Shown here: positions 23,522 to 36,862 of the stretch, piece by piece
Layout of the letters: every line of letters begins with the position of its first letter
Numbering within the stretch: position 1 is the first letter of the stretch
Source of the DNA: Octopus bimaculoides
Taxonomy: Eukaryota
Length of the DNA stretch: 52,424 bases
Direction: 5' to 3'
Assembly: GCF_001194135.2 (NCBI RefSeq)
Contig: NC_068987.1
Span: 1,792,301-1,844,724 of the forward strand
The notes under the pieces: model-generated
Seen by the model: the letters and a program-made list of their open reading frames with translations, nothing else
Database searches by the model: none
What the model was told of the DNA's origin: nothing
Position numbers and translations under genes: made by a program

Positions 23522-24503
23522 TTATTTTCATATATATATAAGTGTGTGTCTTTTAAATATATACATACACATACGCATATATATATATGCGTGTATATGT
23601 GTGCGTATATATTTGTATGTATATACAATACGTGTGTATGAAGAGTTTGATAGGATGGAGATATTAAGTAAGCCATAATGGGAGCCAGTTAGTAGAAGGT
23701 GGGGGTGAGAATAGTGTTAATGAAGCTATCTCGTGTGTGCACTTGATAGCAACATGGTGTTTGGAACCACCCGGGTGCCGGCTGCAGCCAAATCTTGCGA
23801 CATTAGTGGTATGGGAAAGCACCAAATAACCAGGTATCATGTGACACGAGGTTCTGCTCAGCTCCATTATGGAACTATTAAGTGTGTTAACCAAATATAC
23901 TCGCGTCGAAATATGAAATATGTCTTCATCTCTCATACACACGCACACACACATCACACACGCACGCACATCACACAGACATGCTTGCAAATGTATGTAT
24001 GTACATGTACCGATACATCTGTGCGTATGCGTGTGTGCGCTTGTATGTATGTATGTATGTATGTATGTATGTGTTTATAGCTATATATATCTCTAACACT
24101 CTCTTTCTCTCTCACTCTCTCTTTCTCTCTCACTCTCTCTGTATATTTGTGTATATATATATATATGTGCGTATATATTTAAATATATACGTACATATAT
24201 ACATAAACATATGTGTGTGTCTGTGTGTTTTCTGCGTGTTTATGTTTGTGCGGGTATGTGTGTGTGTCTGTATGTGCATATCTGTACTGTTGTGTGTATT
24301 TTGTTTGTCTATCATTTCTGGTGAAAAACACGCAAATATTTATAAGCATAAAAGCTCATACACACACATATATATATACATGTAGGTATATGTACACATA
24401 CACAGATGTGCGTGTGTGTATACTTATGTGTATGCATGCGTATATATGTATATAAACATTTACATTTATGCATGTATCCATAGTTGCATAAGCACTGATA
24501 TAT

Positions 24504-24559
<56 letters not shown>

Positions 24560-25716
24560 CATGAAAGCATTCTTGTATATATTTTAATGTATACGTCTGA
24601 TTATATGTATATTAAGCACACACACACACACACACACACATATATAGATAGATAGATATATATGATAACGCTGAAGTTACTGTTAAATGTGTGCGTATAT
24701 ATGTATGTACGTATCTATGTATGTGTGTGTCTAGTACAAGTGAGTGAGTACAGAAGATGGCAATAGAGCTATTTACTATGTAATTAACTCTCTTGGTAAT
24801 GGTGGTGAGATAGAAACACACATTATATATCAATTATAGCTCTATATACATTAACGACACAAACGCTCTCATTAAATATATGTAAACGTATATAAAGTAC
24901 ACATATTACCTATACAAATATATATAATCACACACACTCGTACACACACACTCGTACACACACACACATATATTTGTAAAGGTTATTTTCGGTAAATCAG
25001 ATATCGACTCGAGTAACGAACTCAATACCAAATTATAACATGTAGCGCTTGTGTCGTGTATGGCTGAACAATATCTGTTTATTTTAGGTAATTGTAAATG
25101 TAAGCCTATCATACTTTATAGTTGTTTATTCTAGAAGTATATTTCGGCTGAATTATCAATGAAATGCTAATGGAAAGAAGGTAGGGTTATATAGTTCAGT
25201 TATTTTAGAAATGTTTTAAGAATTTCTAGAAAGTGGAAACCCTCGACCCATAGCACATGCTCAGTACCGAGTACCATTGGATAAACCTCCTTAAGACCTT
25301 TGGATAAACCACTTAAGACGATTTTCACTCCCTTTTAGTTTTGTAATATCTACTAACGTGATACCCGTCGTATAACAAGTAACTTTCGAAGTATACTTTT
25401 GCCACTCTGGGGAAATATCAGAAAATATGGCTTATATACAATAATCATAATTTAGCTTACATCAAATTTCTTGGTGCTTATACGAAGAAGTTTGAAAATG
25501 ATAATTGTTCTACGCCTTAAGCACACTTTAAATTAGTAACTTATAAATTTTCGCAAACGTTATGTAAAAACGTACTGGTATGTTTGAGTTAGATTTTATA
25601 AGAATAGACTAACCACATCATTTCAATTGTCAAAGCATAAAATAAGTAATTTTCATAGGTGTATAATTATCATATATAGACATAAGTATACAAATAACCA
25701 TTATAATATAAAATTT

Positions 25717-25880
25717 ATAGGCGCAGGTGTAGTTGTGTGGTAAGTAGCTTGCTTAACAACCACATGGTTCCGGGTTCAGTCCCACTGCGTGGTACCTTGG
25801 GCAAGTGATTTCTACTATAGCCTTGAGCCGACCAGAGTCTTGTGAGTGAATTTGGTAGACAGAAACTGAAAGAAGCCTGT
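25717..25880 (+). mobile_element. SINE family A head and body
   Basis: AGGCGCAGGTGTAGTTGTGTGGTAAGTAGCTTGC...GGTTCAGTCCCACTGCG...GAAACTGAAAGAAGCC. Confidence 0.85.
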
Positions 25881-26999
25881 TTATAATAAGGAAGTTGACT
25901 CCACAGATAAGGTAGAATCGATTTCCTTTTATTTATAGAAAAAAAATCGTTCTGCAAATAAACAAATGCAAAATAAAAAAAAGATATACAATGTATAAAA
26001 TACGATGTTACGTAAAATGAAATAAAATTACGTAATTGCAGCAATAAATATGTAAAATAATGGTTTTAATATTAGAATTTGAGACAATTCAATGACAATG
26101 TAACATGGCGCTTTACTGCGAATGAATCAATGATATCGATGACAATCACAAGGGTGGAAGGAGATATTTTATCGATGAGGAGACAATAGATTTGATTATT
26201 TTAATTAGCGGACTTATACTAGATTAAGTTAATGTTGGAAATAAAATTTTAGATTTTAAGGAATAACACACAAAGTAATTTAGATAGAGATAAACGTTTT
26301 AAAAGGTATTAAATCGTAAGTTTTCACGAAATACATTTTATTTTGGGAGACTGTACGTTTTGATTTATAATAGTCTTGTTCTAATTATAAAGAAGAGAGG
26401 CTTAACAAGTTTGTGCTTAAAGTATTAATTAATCTACAAAATATATAGGCGAAATATAAATATAAGCGACTGTTCTGTATATCGAGTTATATTTGGTTTG
26501 TGAAGAGAGAGGTAACAGGAATAGAAATATTATGAGACAATGGATGATAAAGTTGGTTCACTCACACACACACGGATATATATCAGTTGCAATCACGACT
26601 TCTGGGGTTCGATCACGCTGCATGGCAAATCGGTCTTTTACTGTAGCCTCAGTTTGACCAAAGCCAAGTCAGGGAACTTGAAAGTCAGGACCATACCTGA
26701 AATTGAAATGACCAGCCTTAGCACACTGTGTCATGGGGTTTATGCCATGCCAAAGATTTATATAACGTGTATACACATCTGCGGAATATTCAGTCACTTG
26801 CATGAATAACGAAATACTCATCGCCCATAACGGCGGGGAACCATTATATATAAATATATACATATGTAGGAACAAATAGATGACCCCGGAAAGAAAAAAA
26901 AAGACAGCTTACAGCTGTTTCTATGGTGGACTTTTAGTTGAGTCTGTGAGTGACAACCTATAACTTCAACAGAAATATAGTCTCGCTATACCTAAACGA

Positions 27000-27030
<31 letters not shown>

Positions 27031-28243
27031 NNNNNNNNNNNNNNNNNNNNNNNNNNNNNNNNNNNNNNNNNNNNNNNNNNNNNNNNNNNNNNNNNNNNNN
27101 NNNNNNNNNNNNNNNNNNNNNNNNNNNNNNNNNNNNNNNNNNNNNNNNNNNNNNNNNNNNNNNNNNNNNNNNNNNNNNNNNNNNNNNNNNNNNNNNNNNN
27201 NNNNNNNNNNNNNNNNNNNNNNNNNNNNNNNNNNNNNNNNNNNNNNNNNNNNNNNNNNNNNNNNNNNNNNNNNNNNNNNNNNNNNNNNNNNNNNNNNNNN
27301 NNNNNNNNNNNNNNNNNNNNNNNNNNNNNNNNNNNNNNNNNNNNNNNNNNNNNNNNNNNNNNNNNNNNNNNNNNNNNNNNNNNNNNNNNNNNNNNNNNNN
27401 NNNNNNNNNNNNNNNNNNNNNNNNNNNNNNNNNNNNNNNNNNNNNNNNNNNNNNNNNNNNNNNNNNNNNNNNNNNNNNNNNNNNNNNNNNNNNNNNNNNN
27501 NNNNNNNNNNNNNNNNNNNNNNNNNNNNNNNNNNNNNNNNNNNNNNNNNNNNNNNNNNNNNNNNNNNNNNNNNNNNNNNNNNNNNNNNNNNNNNNTATAT
27601 ATATATATATATGCATGTGTGTATGTGTATATATATATATATGTATATATATATACACATATGTACATCCATACATACTCATATGCACGTATGTAAATGT
27701 ATGCGCATGTCTGTGTGTATATGTTTGTGTCTATATACACTTCAAACGCACATGACTTTGAGACAGTTGCATCTATGTTTATATAGACACATTCTTGGGT
27801 GTATAATTTTGTATATATAATAATGAAACTATTTATTTTTACTGACACAAGATTTAAAAAAATAATATTTATCTATTCTGCTATAAAAATACACATTTTT
27901 TTCTGTATAGAGGTAATAGCGTTTACTTGACTTCCCATTATACATACATTACATACACACACATATATATATACACACACACACACACGTGTTCCTTTTA
28001 TGTACACATAAGCCTGGTATAACCACTGGGTGTATAAAATTCTGAAGTTGATGGGAAAATATTTTCCCTGCTTTTAACTGATTGCTCTCTGTCAAGTGGT
28101 CACAAATGATGGCGCAGTGCCCTGCACGGTTTTGTATCTCGTGTGACTGGTAGCGGTGATGATGTTATAATGAAATTCAACACGAACATCTTGGTTTTGA
28201 AGATTGTAAACTTAATTTCAACTTCTATCGTTTATCTTTTAGT

Positions 28244-28620
28244 AGTTTCAGTTACTGGACTACGGCCATGCTGGGGCACTGCCTTGAAAGGGTTTAGGGA
28301 AACAAGTCGACCCCAGTATTCATGTTGCCTTTTTCTTTTTTTTTTGTTTAGTCTGGTACTCATTCTTTCAGTCACTTTTGTCGAACCACTAGGTTACAGG
28401 GACGTGAACAAACCAACAGCTGTTGTCAAGCGGTACTTAGGGAACGCAAACACATGTACGATGTGCTTCCACTCAGTTTCCATGTACTCAATTCACTAAC
28501 GAGGCATCGATCGACCTGAAGCTTTTGTAGAAGAAACCCAAGGCGCCGTGCCGTGGGACCGAACCCAAAATCATATAGTCGCAAGGCGAGCTTCTTAACC
28601 ACAATCATGCCAGTGCCTGT
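28244..28620 (-). mobile_element. SINE family A, diverged full-length copy
   Basis: 3' module (GTTTCAGTTACTGGACTACGGCCATGCTGGGGCAC) and reverse-complement head (GGGACCGAACCC...CTTAACCACA). Confidence 0.7.
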
Positions 28621-28899
28621 TGCTAGGGGACAGCAATGTACCCCCAGGGCGCTGGCCTATCTTTGTGGTTCAGATTTACTTTCCTATCAATTTTTTCCCA
28701 CTCTGGTGTTAGTTTGGTTAATGACTTCTATGATAGCCTCAACTTTATAAGTTCTTATGAACGAAATTCGGTAAACGTAGACAGGTCAATTGACCCTGTC
28801 GAGTCAACCGTACCTGCTCTTCGTGGGTAGACTTAATCCATCGGCTGGTTTACTTCTACCAGCTGGCCATTAGCGTTGCCCATTCTACAGCAAACATCC

Positions 28900-29260
28900 G
28901 TACTCAATTTCCGGTTTCAATTTGTCTCCCCTTACCAATTTCTGATATCCTGTAAAATGTTATAAGAACAGCCATAATTCCTTTGATGAAGTCATAAACT
29001 ATAGACTCTAGCTTTTGCCATGAAACCATTCCTCTTGATAGAATGAATTTACCAAAAGTTGTTTTCGTTTGATTTTGATGCTATTTGCCGACGATGTAAG
29101 GCATTAATTGCTGAGGGAACTGGGAGACCTAGAGCAAGATCTGACATTACTTGTTCGTGTATTGTTCCCTTCTCAGGATTATGGCCGTGGTCAATGTATT
29201 TCTCAACGGTGGTATTCACCTGATTGTCAATAAGAAGAAAAAAAATTTACCTTTCTGGTA
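28900..29260 (+). mobile_element. Decayed non-LTR (LINE) reverse-transcriptase fragment
   Basis: Frame reading ILMLFADDV at 29072-29098, followed after frameshifts by LIAEG..DLEQDL and GIHLIVNKKKK (29211), in the order expected after the RT catalytic motif. Boundaries are approximate. Confidence 0.45.
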
Positions 29261-29346
29261 TTATATTGCGCCTGGCTGTTTATATTAATTTTTGATATAC
29301 GCATTAGCATTTCGCTGAATCAGCCATAAATTTTTATAGTAAAAGT

Positions 29347-29480
29347 ATATATGCTGACAGCTGGATTTGGCCAGACTAGCGAGCGCTTGAGAAGTCATCA
29401 CTGATGAGCTTACGACTGATAGGTGAAACTAGTCTATTGATCCTAGAGGTTCTCATGGGGCGGTTATCTCCTCCGTCAGC

Positions 29481-29486
<6 letters not shown>
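29347..29486 (+). mobile_element. 140-bp element with 12-bp terminal inverted repeats that carries a hammerhead core
   Basis: ATATATGCTGAC ... GTCAGCATATAT termini; internal CTGATGA (29401) / GAAAC-TA-GTC (29425-29434). Confidence 0.5.
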
Positions 29487-29512
<26 letters not shown>

Positions 29513-29655
29513 ATGCGAAAACTAATTTTGTGTGTCAGTGTATCACACCTTTTCAACTTTACTCCATTTTGGCATCAGGCTGACTCCGTGAGTAAATTAA
29601 AAATTAAAAACATTCTGGATCGAATCTTGAAATTTTGAATTCCTATATTTTTGTC

Positions 29656-29692
<37 letters not shown>

Positions 29693-29867
29693 GATTTTTT
29701 TGTGATGAATCTGATTATGATTAGGGTATGACTCTGGCGGGAAGCAATTGCAACAAATTCTCCGAGACAAGTCAGAGATCTCTTTGCAGATCTTCCCATT
29801 CAAGTTCAGTTGCTTAAAAGCTATATACTATCCTAAAAGCCGTCCTATAGGGCGGCTTTTAAGCTAG
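29487..29867 (+). mobile_element. Non-autonomous, internally deleted Helitron with a Rep/helicase coding scar
   Basis: 29705-29790 translates, with one stop and one frameshift, as DESDYD*GMTLA/EAIATNSPRQVRDLFA, matching the Helitron motif TL-x-EA-x4-SP-x-QLR-x-LFA. 3' hairpin AAAAGCCGTCC-TATA-GGGCGGCTTTT (29835-29860) is followed by CTAG|T (29864-29868). The 5' end is obscured by (TA)n. Confidence 0.7.
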
Positions 29868-30387
29868 TATATATATATATAGTGAGAGAGAGAGAGGGGG
29901 AGAGAGAGAGAGGCAGGTATACATACAAACATACATATGTGTGTATGTGTGTATACACAAACATACATGCATGCTTACATTCAGCCATACATAAATACAT
30001 ACATTCATGTATATACTCATGCATGTAGCATGAATTTTTTGTATAATTATTTTTGTTGAATTTGTCAAATAGCAGCTAAATGCTGTGCTCCGATCTTGTA
30101 GTCAAACAGGGCAGCGAATGTAACAGAAAACGAGGAATACAAGCAAATTAAGCAAGAGAGAATCGTTAGTTTTGTAACTGGGTACCGATTTCAATTATCT
30201 TCATAGGTATTAAAAAAACAGAAAATTCTCATAATGTTCGTTTAAATGTAAACAGCTTTTGGGCTAACAAAACAGAACATGTAGATATCCGTATACATAG
30301 AGGAAAGAAAAAAAAGGAGTGAGTGCAGTATATGCTGTATGTACGATCTAGGTTCTTGCATGTGTTTTATGTATGCGTCAACGTATG

Positions 30388-30423
<36 letters not shown>

Positions 30424-30637
30424 GACGAACTCGCGAAACGCGTGCGCACTCACACGCACATGCATAGAAACACACACACACACACAGACAACACAGACAA
30501 CACACACACACTCACACATATACTAGTATCATGTATGTATATATATACACATATGTGTGTTTGTCAGAATGTATACCTGTTTGTGTATATGCGTATATTT
30601 GCATGTACATATCTATCTATCCATCTATCTGCATATA

Positions 30638-30670
<33 letters not shown>

Positions 30671-31424
30671 ATAGATAGATAGATATGTTTATAAAACACA
30701 AATACATATACATACTTATAGGCATATGTATACATTATATAATATATATACACATACATATTTCTCTGCGTATACATACATGCTAACATTTATAAACTGC
30801 CAAAGACATAGATACAAACATACACACCATGGATGGATGGGTGGAGGGGGTTCTTGGTCGGGGTTTTACCCCCCCCCATCCACACCCACTCGACCCCCCC
30901 CACACACACACACATGTATATTCATACCCGTATTTTCAGCCCATCTGCTGCATTATGCCTTCGTTTTCTGGAATGCAGGGACGATATAGAAACGCAGTCT
31001 ATGAGAAATGATGTTTACTCATTCCACATCTAAACTAATTGCCTTTAACACTCAACTGCAAATTTCTTTCTGTCCTCAACATTAAAAAAAAAAATAAATA
31101 AATAAAAAAATAAAAAAATCTCAAGATATCTCTACATCACAATTCATAACACTTAAGATGTTTGAAGATCACAACTCGGAACTCTGAGTACCGCCCCATT
31201 TATTCGATGAGACTCGGTTCTCTTTTTGTTTATGTCAACATTACGTGTTTCGGGTTTAATTTGTTTTTTAATTCAAAATTGTATGGCACTAACTAGAATA
31301 GATGCGTACTTTTATGTCTATCTCGTGACCAACCATACGTGGATTTTCAGGGATCGTATCAAACTCTTTCACAATTTGATTGTTGTCTCTTGTCCTGGGT
31401 GCATCATTATTTATGCTTTCGTGT

Positions 31425-31630
31425 AGGTATTTATTTATTTCCCACAGGGGGCTAAACATAGAGGGGACAAACAGGGACAAAGTGCATAACTGGTATTTAT
31501 TTAATCGACCCCCGAAAGAATGAAAGGCAAAGTCAACTTTGGTGGAATTTGAACTCAGAACGTGACGGCAGACGAAATGCCGATAAGCATTTCGCCCGGC
31601 GTGCTAACCATTCTGCCATCCCGCCGCCCA
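31425..31630 (-). mobile_element. SINE family B
   Basis: Reverse complement of the family B consensus, including the CCCACAGGGGGCTAAAC tail. Confidence 0.85.
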
Positions 31631-32222
31631 TTTTTGTGGGGGGGGGGGGGGGTGCGTGTGTGTGTGTGTAGATTCTGGTGCTACTCCTGATATAAAGTAC
31701 GGATCAGTCCTTCCCATAATCCTGTTGCAACAACGGGAAAAGCTTCCATAAAGTTTTATTTCCAATTTTAAAATGGAATTTCATATAAATACGTTGTTAT
31801 TCCAAATCCCAAGTTATTCAACTTGCAACAACTTAGCGACCGCATTAAACACATGTTGACTCTGTTCAATGTGAATCCATGATTAACTGGCGTAGCGCAA
31901 TATGCTTGTTTGTCAAAGCGTCTATGGGCAGCTATTAACCGAAGGTTAGAAATGTCATCTCAATGCTTCCACCAGAAGCTCTTCATCTGGGACAGCTTCC
32001 AAAATGAATCGCCTCTTTCCATAGCCATGGATATCCAAGGTTTACTGAGACAAAATCCACTGCCACTTATGAGTATCACGGCATGGTTACTCCTAGCTGA
32101 ACATAGGCCAGGATTCTTTGGAAAAGAAAGAAAGGGAAATTAACTCAAAATCGCATTGTTCAAAGTGTCCTGCAGTTGTTGTCCTCGCTGTCCGTTTTGG
32201 TGTAAATATTGTTCCTGTTGTT

Positions 32223-32910
32223 TACATTCTGAGTTCAAATTCCGCCGAAGTCGACTTTGTCTTTCATCCTTTCGGGGTCGATAGATTAAGTAGCAGTTGC
32301 GTACTGGGGTCGATCTAATCGACTGGGCCTCCCCACCTCCCTAAAAATTTCGGGCCTTTTGCCAAGAGTGGAAAAGGATATTGTTCTTGTTGTTATTGCT
32401 TTTGTTATTCTCGTTGTGATGCTATTGTTGTTTTTATATTTGTTGTTATTTATTGTTACTGTGGTTGTATAAAGAAATCAAACTGGCAGAATCGTTAGTG
32501 CGCCGGATAAAATATTTTGCGGCATTTAGTCCGTCTTCACGTTCTGGGTTGAAACTCTGCCGAGGTCGATTTTGGATTTCAACCTCATGGGATCGATAAA
32601 ATGAGTACCAGTTGCACACTGGGGTCGATTCAATCGACTAGCGCCCCCCCCCCCAAAAAAAAAAATTTCACGCCTTGTACCTTTAGTAGAGAGGATTATT
32701 AACTTTTGCTGTGAAGGCGGCGTTTTGGCAGAATCGTTACGAAACCGGACAAAATGCCGAACGACATTTCTGAGTTCAAATTGCCCCTAGGTTGACTATG
32801 TCTGTCATCCTTTCAGGGTGGATAAAATAAGTACCAGTTGCGTACTGGGGTCGATATAATCGACTCCCCCTCACTTCAAGAATGCTGGTCTCGTGCCAAA
32901 ATTGGAAAGA
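32223..32910 (+). mobile_element. Cluster of three same-strand SINE family B copies (32223-32380, 32483-32698, 32714-32910)
   Basis: Each has TTCTGRGTT(C/G)AAA..., CATCCTTTC/CAACCTC, AGTACCAGTTGC..ACTGGGGTCGAT..ATCGACT. Confidence 0.85.
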
Positions 32911-33199
32911 ATCATCGCTTTTGTTGTTGTTACTGCTGTTATTGTAGCAGCTTGTGCTGTTGCTATCCAACTACTCACGTTGCCATAGATACGTTACCGG
33001 GGGTGGGGGGGGGGAGCAGACACATCATGTACCCAGTGAGCAGAAAATTATAATGTCAAAATTGTCGTCTCTCTCCACTTGGTTACCAACGAACTTGTCT
33101 TCGTTTTTTTCATGCTTTACATGCTTGTTATGACTTGTCATAGATGTTATGTCAGTTTTCACATTTCTAAACATAATTTAACCATTTATTACATACATA

Positions 33200-33362
33200 G
33201 ACGCAGGTGTGGCTGTGCGGTAACAAGCTTGCTTCCCAACCACATGATTCCGGGTTCAATTCCACTACGTGTCACTCTGGACAAGTGTCTTTTACTGAAG
33301 GCACGGGTTGACCAAAGCCATCTGAGTGGATTCGTAAGATGAAATCTGAAAGAAGCTTGTCG
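33200..33362 (+). mobile_element. SINE family A head and body
   Basis: GACGCAGGTGTGGCTGTGCGGTAACAAGCTTGCTTCCCAACCACATGATTCCGGGTTCAATTCC. Confidence 0.82.
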
Positions 33363-33830
33363 TGCGTGTGCGCGCGTGTGTAGTTCCTTGGATCTGTCTA
33401 TTTCCTACGATATGTGTGCGTGTTTAAGTCTTTAGATATTTATGTTTCTGGTGTGTATGTATGTATCTTTGTGTAGTTATATATGTAGGTATGAGTGTGT
33501 GTTTATGTTAATGTTTAGAAATGTAAGGTAACCTTACGAGCGTGTGTTAAACAACTTCGGCAATTTTCTTCAGTTTGTTTTAGTGTAAAATATAAAGAGA
33601 TATAAACAACACTTCTCTCGGTGATCAGGAGGAGTAACATATATCTGATGAGAGAGAGGGGAGAGATAGAGACAGGAGAGAGAAGCAGAGAGAGATGGAG
33701 ACAGAGAGACAAACAGGAAATAGGGGAAGAGAGAAGGACAAGGAATAAGAGATACGGAGAGAGATGGGGAGAGTGTACTCTTTGCAGGTATTGATAGAAG
33801 CAAAATGAGAATTTAATATACGTACAGAAC

Positions 33831-33868
<38 letters not shown>

Positions 33869-34226
33869 ACACACACATATATATATGTACACACACACAG
33901 AGGTAGATAGATGCCTAAAGCTGTTTAATTTTTTTAACAACTTCAAGTATTATAGCGAAATGGCGTTCTTCAGATACCATTATTACAACGAAGAAAGATT
34001 TTGATAATGGTAACGGAATTGTTGTTGGCCTTCAATATTCTTAAATAGCAGTAAACAAACGCAGATACATTCACTTGCACACATTCACCTCCACAAACAC
34101 ACACGCACGCGCACAAATACACACACACATGCACACATGCACATGTGCACACACACACACACATACATACATACATACATACATGGCATCTAATATAACC
34201 AAGAACACATTATAACAAGACAATAA

Positions 34227-34720
34227 TTTCCACCTACGCACAAATATAACAAAATCTTCAACACCGATAACGTTAAGGTCAGCTATTCCTACCTGGATAA
34301 CATTGCTTCCTAGATAACATTCCTGGATAACAGTGCTTTACACACTACAACTAAAAATATTCAGCCAGACAACCTCACCACCAAAAGCCAGCTTGTAACT
34401 TCAGAAATTCATCAATCTCTTTGCTTAGATAATGTTACCTCTTCAAAATGGTGATACATACAACATTTATATCACACCCGGATGATATTGAAAGAATTTT
34501 CATGTAACCCACCTTTAATATATCCAAGATTCTATATTATCAGCATCTTCATTTACTTAGATCGAGAGACTAAGATAATTCCACTTCCTTATTCCAATTC
34601 GACTGGCATCTGAAAGATCAAGGTTCCAAACGTATCCTAAAAACGCAGAACTTGGACGACAAAGTCTCTCCATATTTCAACAGTGTATTGTGGACTTTAA
34701 TAAAAGCAGCGATATCACTT
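34227..34720 (+). mobile_element. Penelope-like retroelement remnant (linker plus GIY-YIG endonuclease region), pseudogenised
   Basis: FPPTHKYNKIFNTDNVKVSYSYLDNIAS* matches the FPxxHxxxKIFNxxxVKxSYSCxxN motif. It is followed by ACNFRNSS (CNCR zinc knuckle), ERIFM*PTFNISKILYYQH (YIG-x5-FKxRxxxH degenerate) and NSTSLFQFDWHLKD (TxLSxxIWxLK). Confidence 0.75.
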
Positions 34721-35029
34721 AAAATGTGATAGACGTCATGGGAGACAACAGATACTCAAAAGTGTTGCAAGATAAGTGATGTTAGCAATAGCCTGTCTGA
34801 GCCTAGAGTTCTCTCGGACTACAATAGTCAAGTCTACATGAAAAGATGATATCGAAACTAAATCTATTTCATATTTAGCTCCTACTTGGATGCCCTTCAC
34901 CAATAAGGATTATGTTAATGGGTGCTCATTATATACACCATTTCATTCATTAGGCATCCGTATTTGTGAGTGAAACTCTGAGTAGCAACAGCATGACCAT
35001 CAATAAATCCACCAAATCTCTCTCTCCCT

Positions 35030-35062
<33 letters not shown>

Positions 35063-35669
35063 ACGTATACACATACATTTATTAAACCATTACAAGAAGA
35101 GAGGTGACAGTGGCTTCAAAGTTTCGTCTTCGACAGACTCTACAAGGCTTATTAAGTGATTCTTCAGTAAAATGTTATAATGACATAAAATCAAACAGTG
35201 ATATACATTTACACACACACACACACCTACACACACACACACACATGTTCACACACCTACACACACACGCACATACACATATGTAAAAAGAACACAAATG
35301 AATATCCTACTAACACATATGTTCATGGTTATTTTACGACACTGTGTAACCCATGTTATTGTACCTAGCCAATTCTGGAGTCCTACGGGCTTATGGGCCT
35401 AGATTCTAATGATTTCTTTACTAATCTATATACAAACGTACATACTTACATACATATATAAATACGTGTGTGTCTGCTTGTATATATATGTATATGTATG
35501 TATATATACATGCTAAAAATCACACAGATTTCCAGTGCATTTCATATTTAATAAATTTTAATTAATTAAAATTTTCTAAAATATCTTAGTACCAACTTTA
35601 GTTTACTTACATATAATAGCATGTATACGTTTATGGATGTGAAAATTATATGTGTGTATGTGTATGTGT

Positions 35670-35708
<39 letters not shown>

Positions 35709-35774
35709 CGCGTGCACATATGTACTTGTATGGGTGTACAAAAGTATATAGACATCATGATGCATGAATGTATA

Positions 35775-35821
<47 letters not shown>

Positions 35822-35828
35822 TTATACC

Positions 35829-35865
<37 letters not shown>

Positions 35866-36053
35866 NNNNNNNNNNNNNNNNNNNNNNNNNNNNNNNNNNN
35901 NNNNNNNNNNNNNNNNNNNNNNNNNNNNNNNNNNNNNNNNNNNNNNNNNNNNNNNNNNNNNNNNNNNNNNNNNNNNNNNNNNNNNNNNNNNNNNNNNNNN
36001 NNNNNNNNNNNNNNNNNNNNNNNNNNNNNNNNNNNNNNNNNNNNNNNNNNNNN

Positions 36054-36104
<51 letters not shown>

Positions 36105-36588
36105 ATGTATGTATTATGTATGTATGTATTATGTATGTATGCTTGTATATGTATAAGTTTATGTGTACAAACAAACTGAAAGAGCACTCCGTACACTGCA
36201 TAGAATTTGTAGACCGTATATATGAACATCTGTTGACTTCGACGACCATTACTGGGGATTTTTTAGGGGATCTGTTACAATAACACAATCGTAGAACTCA
36301 ATAGGTAGTTTACTGAAATATATGAGATAATATAGTCCGATAGTAATAATACATCCTGGCTGATTTTCATATTCAAAGGATACTGAATATCATCAGGCGT
36401 TCAAAAAACACTGAATCCACTTCTTTAACATCATATATGATGCGTTTTCGTCTTGCTATTGAGCTTTTGGTAGTGCACAACAGGTCTTGATATCCACTGA
36501 CGGACACAACTAAATACATGTATTGTTGGTAGTGAGTTTTTCGTCTCGTTTTAGGGAAGATAAAATTGAGTGTTATTGTATGAACTGT

Positions 36589-36862
36589 GGAGGCACATGG
36601 CCTTGTGGTTAGAGCAGCGAAGTCGTAGTCGAGGGATCGTGGGTTCGAATCTCAGACCGGGCGATGTGTGTTTATGAGTGAAACAACTAAAGCCCCCTGC
36701 GGCCCTGGCAGAAGGTAATGGCGAACCTCTGCTAACTCTCTCGCCACAACTTTCCCTCACTCTTTCCTCCGGCGTCCCGTCCAGGTGGGGTACCTATACG
36801 CCAATGAAACCGAGAAACCGGCTCTTGTGAACCAGGCATGTTTCAAGAAGGAACAAACAACT
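36589..36862 (+). mobile_element. tRNA-derived SINE family D
   Basis: A-box TGGCCTTGTGG (36598), B-box GGTTCGAATC (36642), body ending GGCGTCCCGTCCAGG...GAAACCGAGAAACCGG and a (CAA)-like tail. Confidence 0.75.

Noticed and set aside
31289-31480. Minus-strand ORF with protein-like composition (NNDAPRTRDNNQIVKEFDTIPENPRM)
   Set aside because: Its 5' third is SINE B sequence and there are no splice signals.
36589-36665. tRNA-like heads here and in family A copies
   Set aside because: A and B boxes are present but there is no complete cloverleaf and each continues into a SINE body, so they are not tRNA genes.
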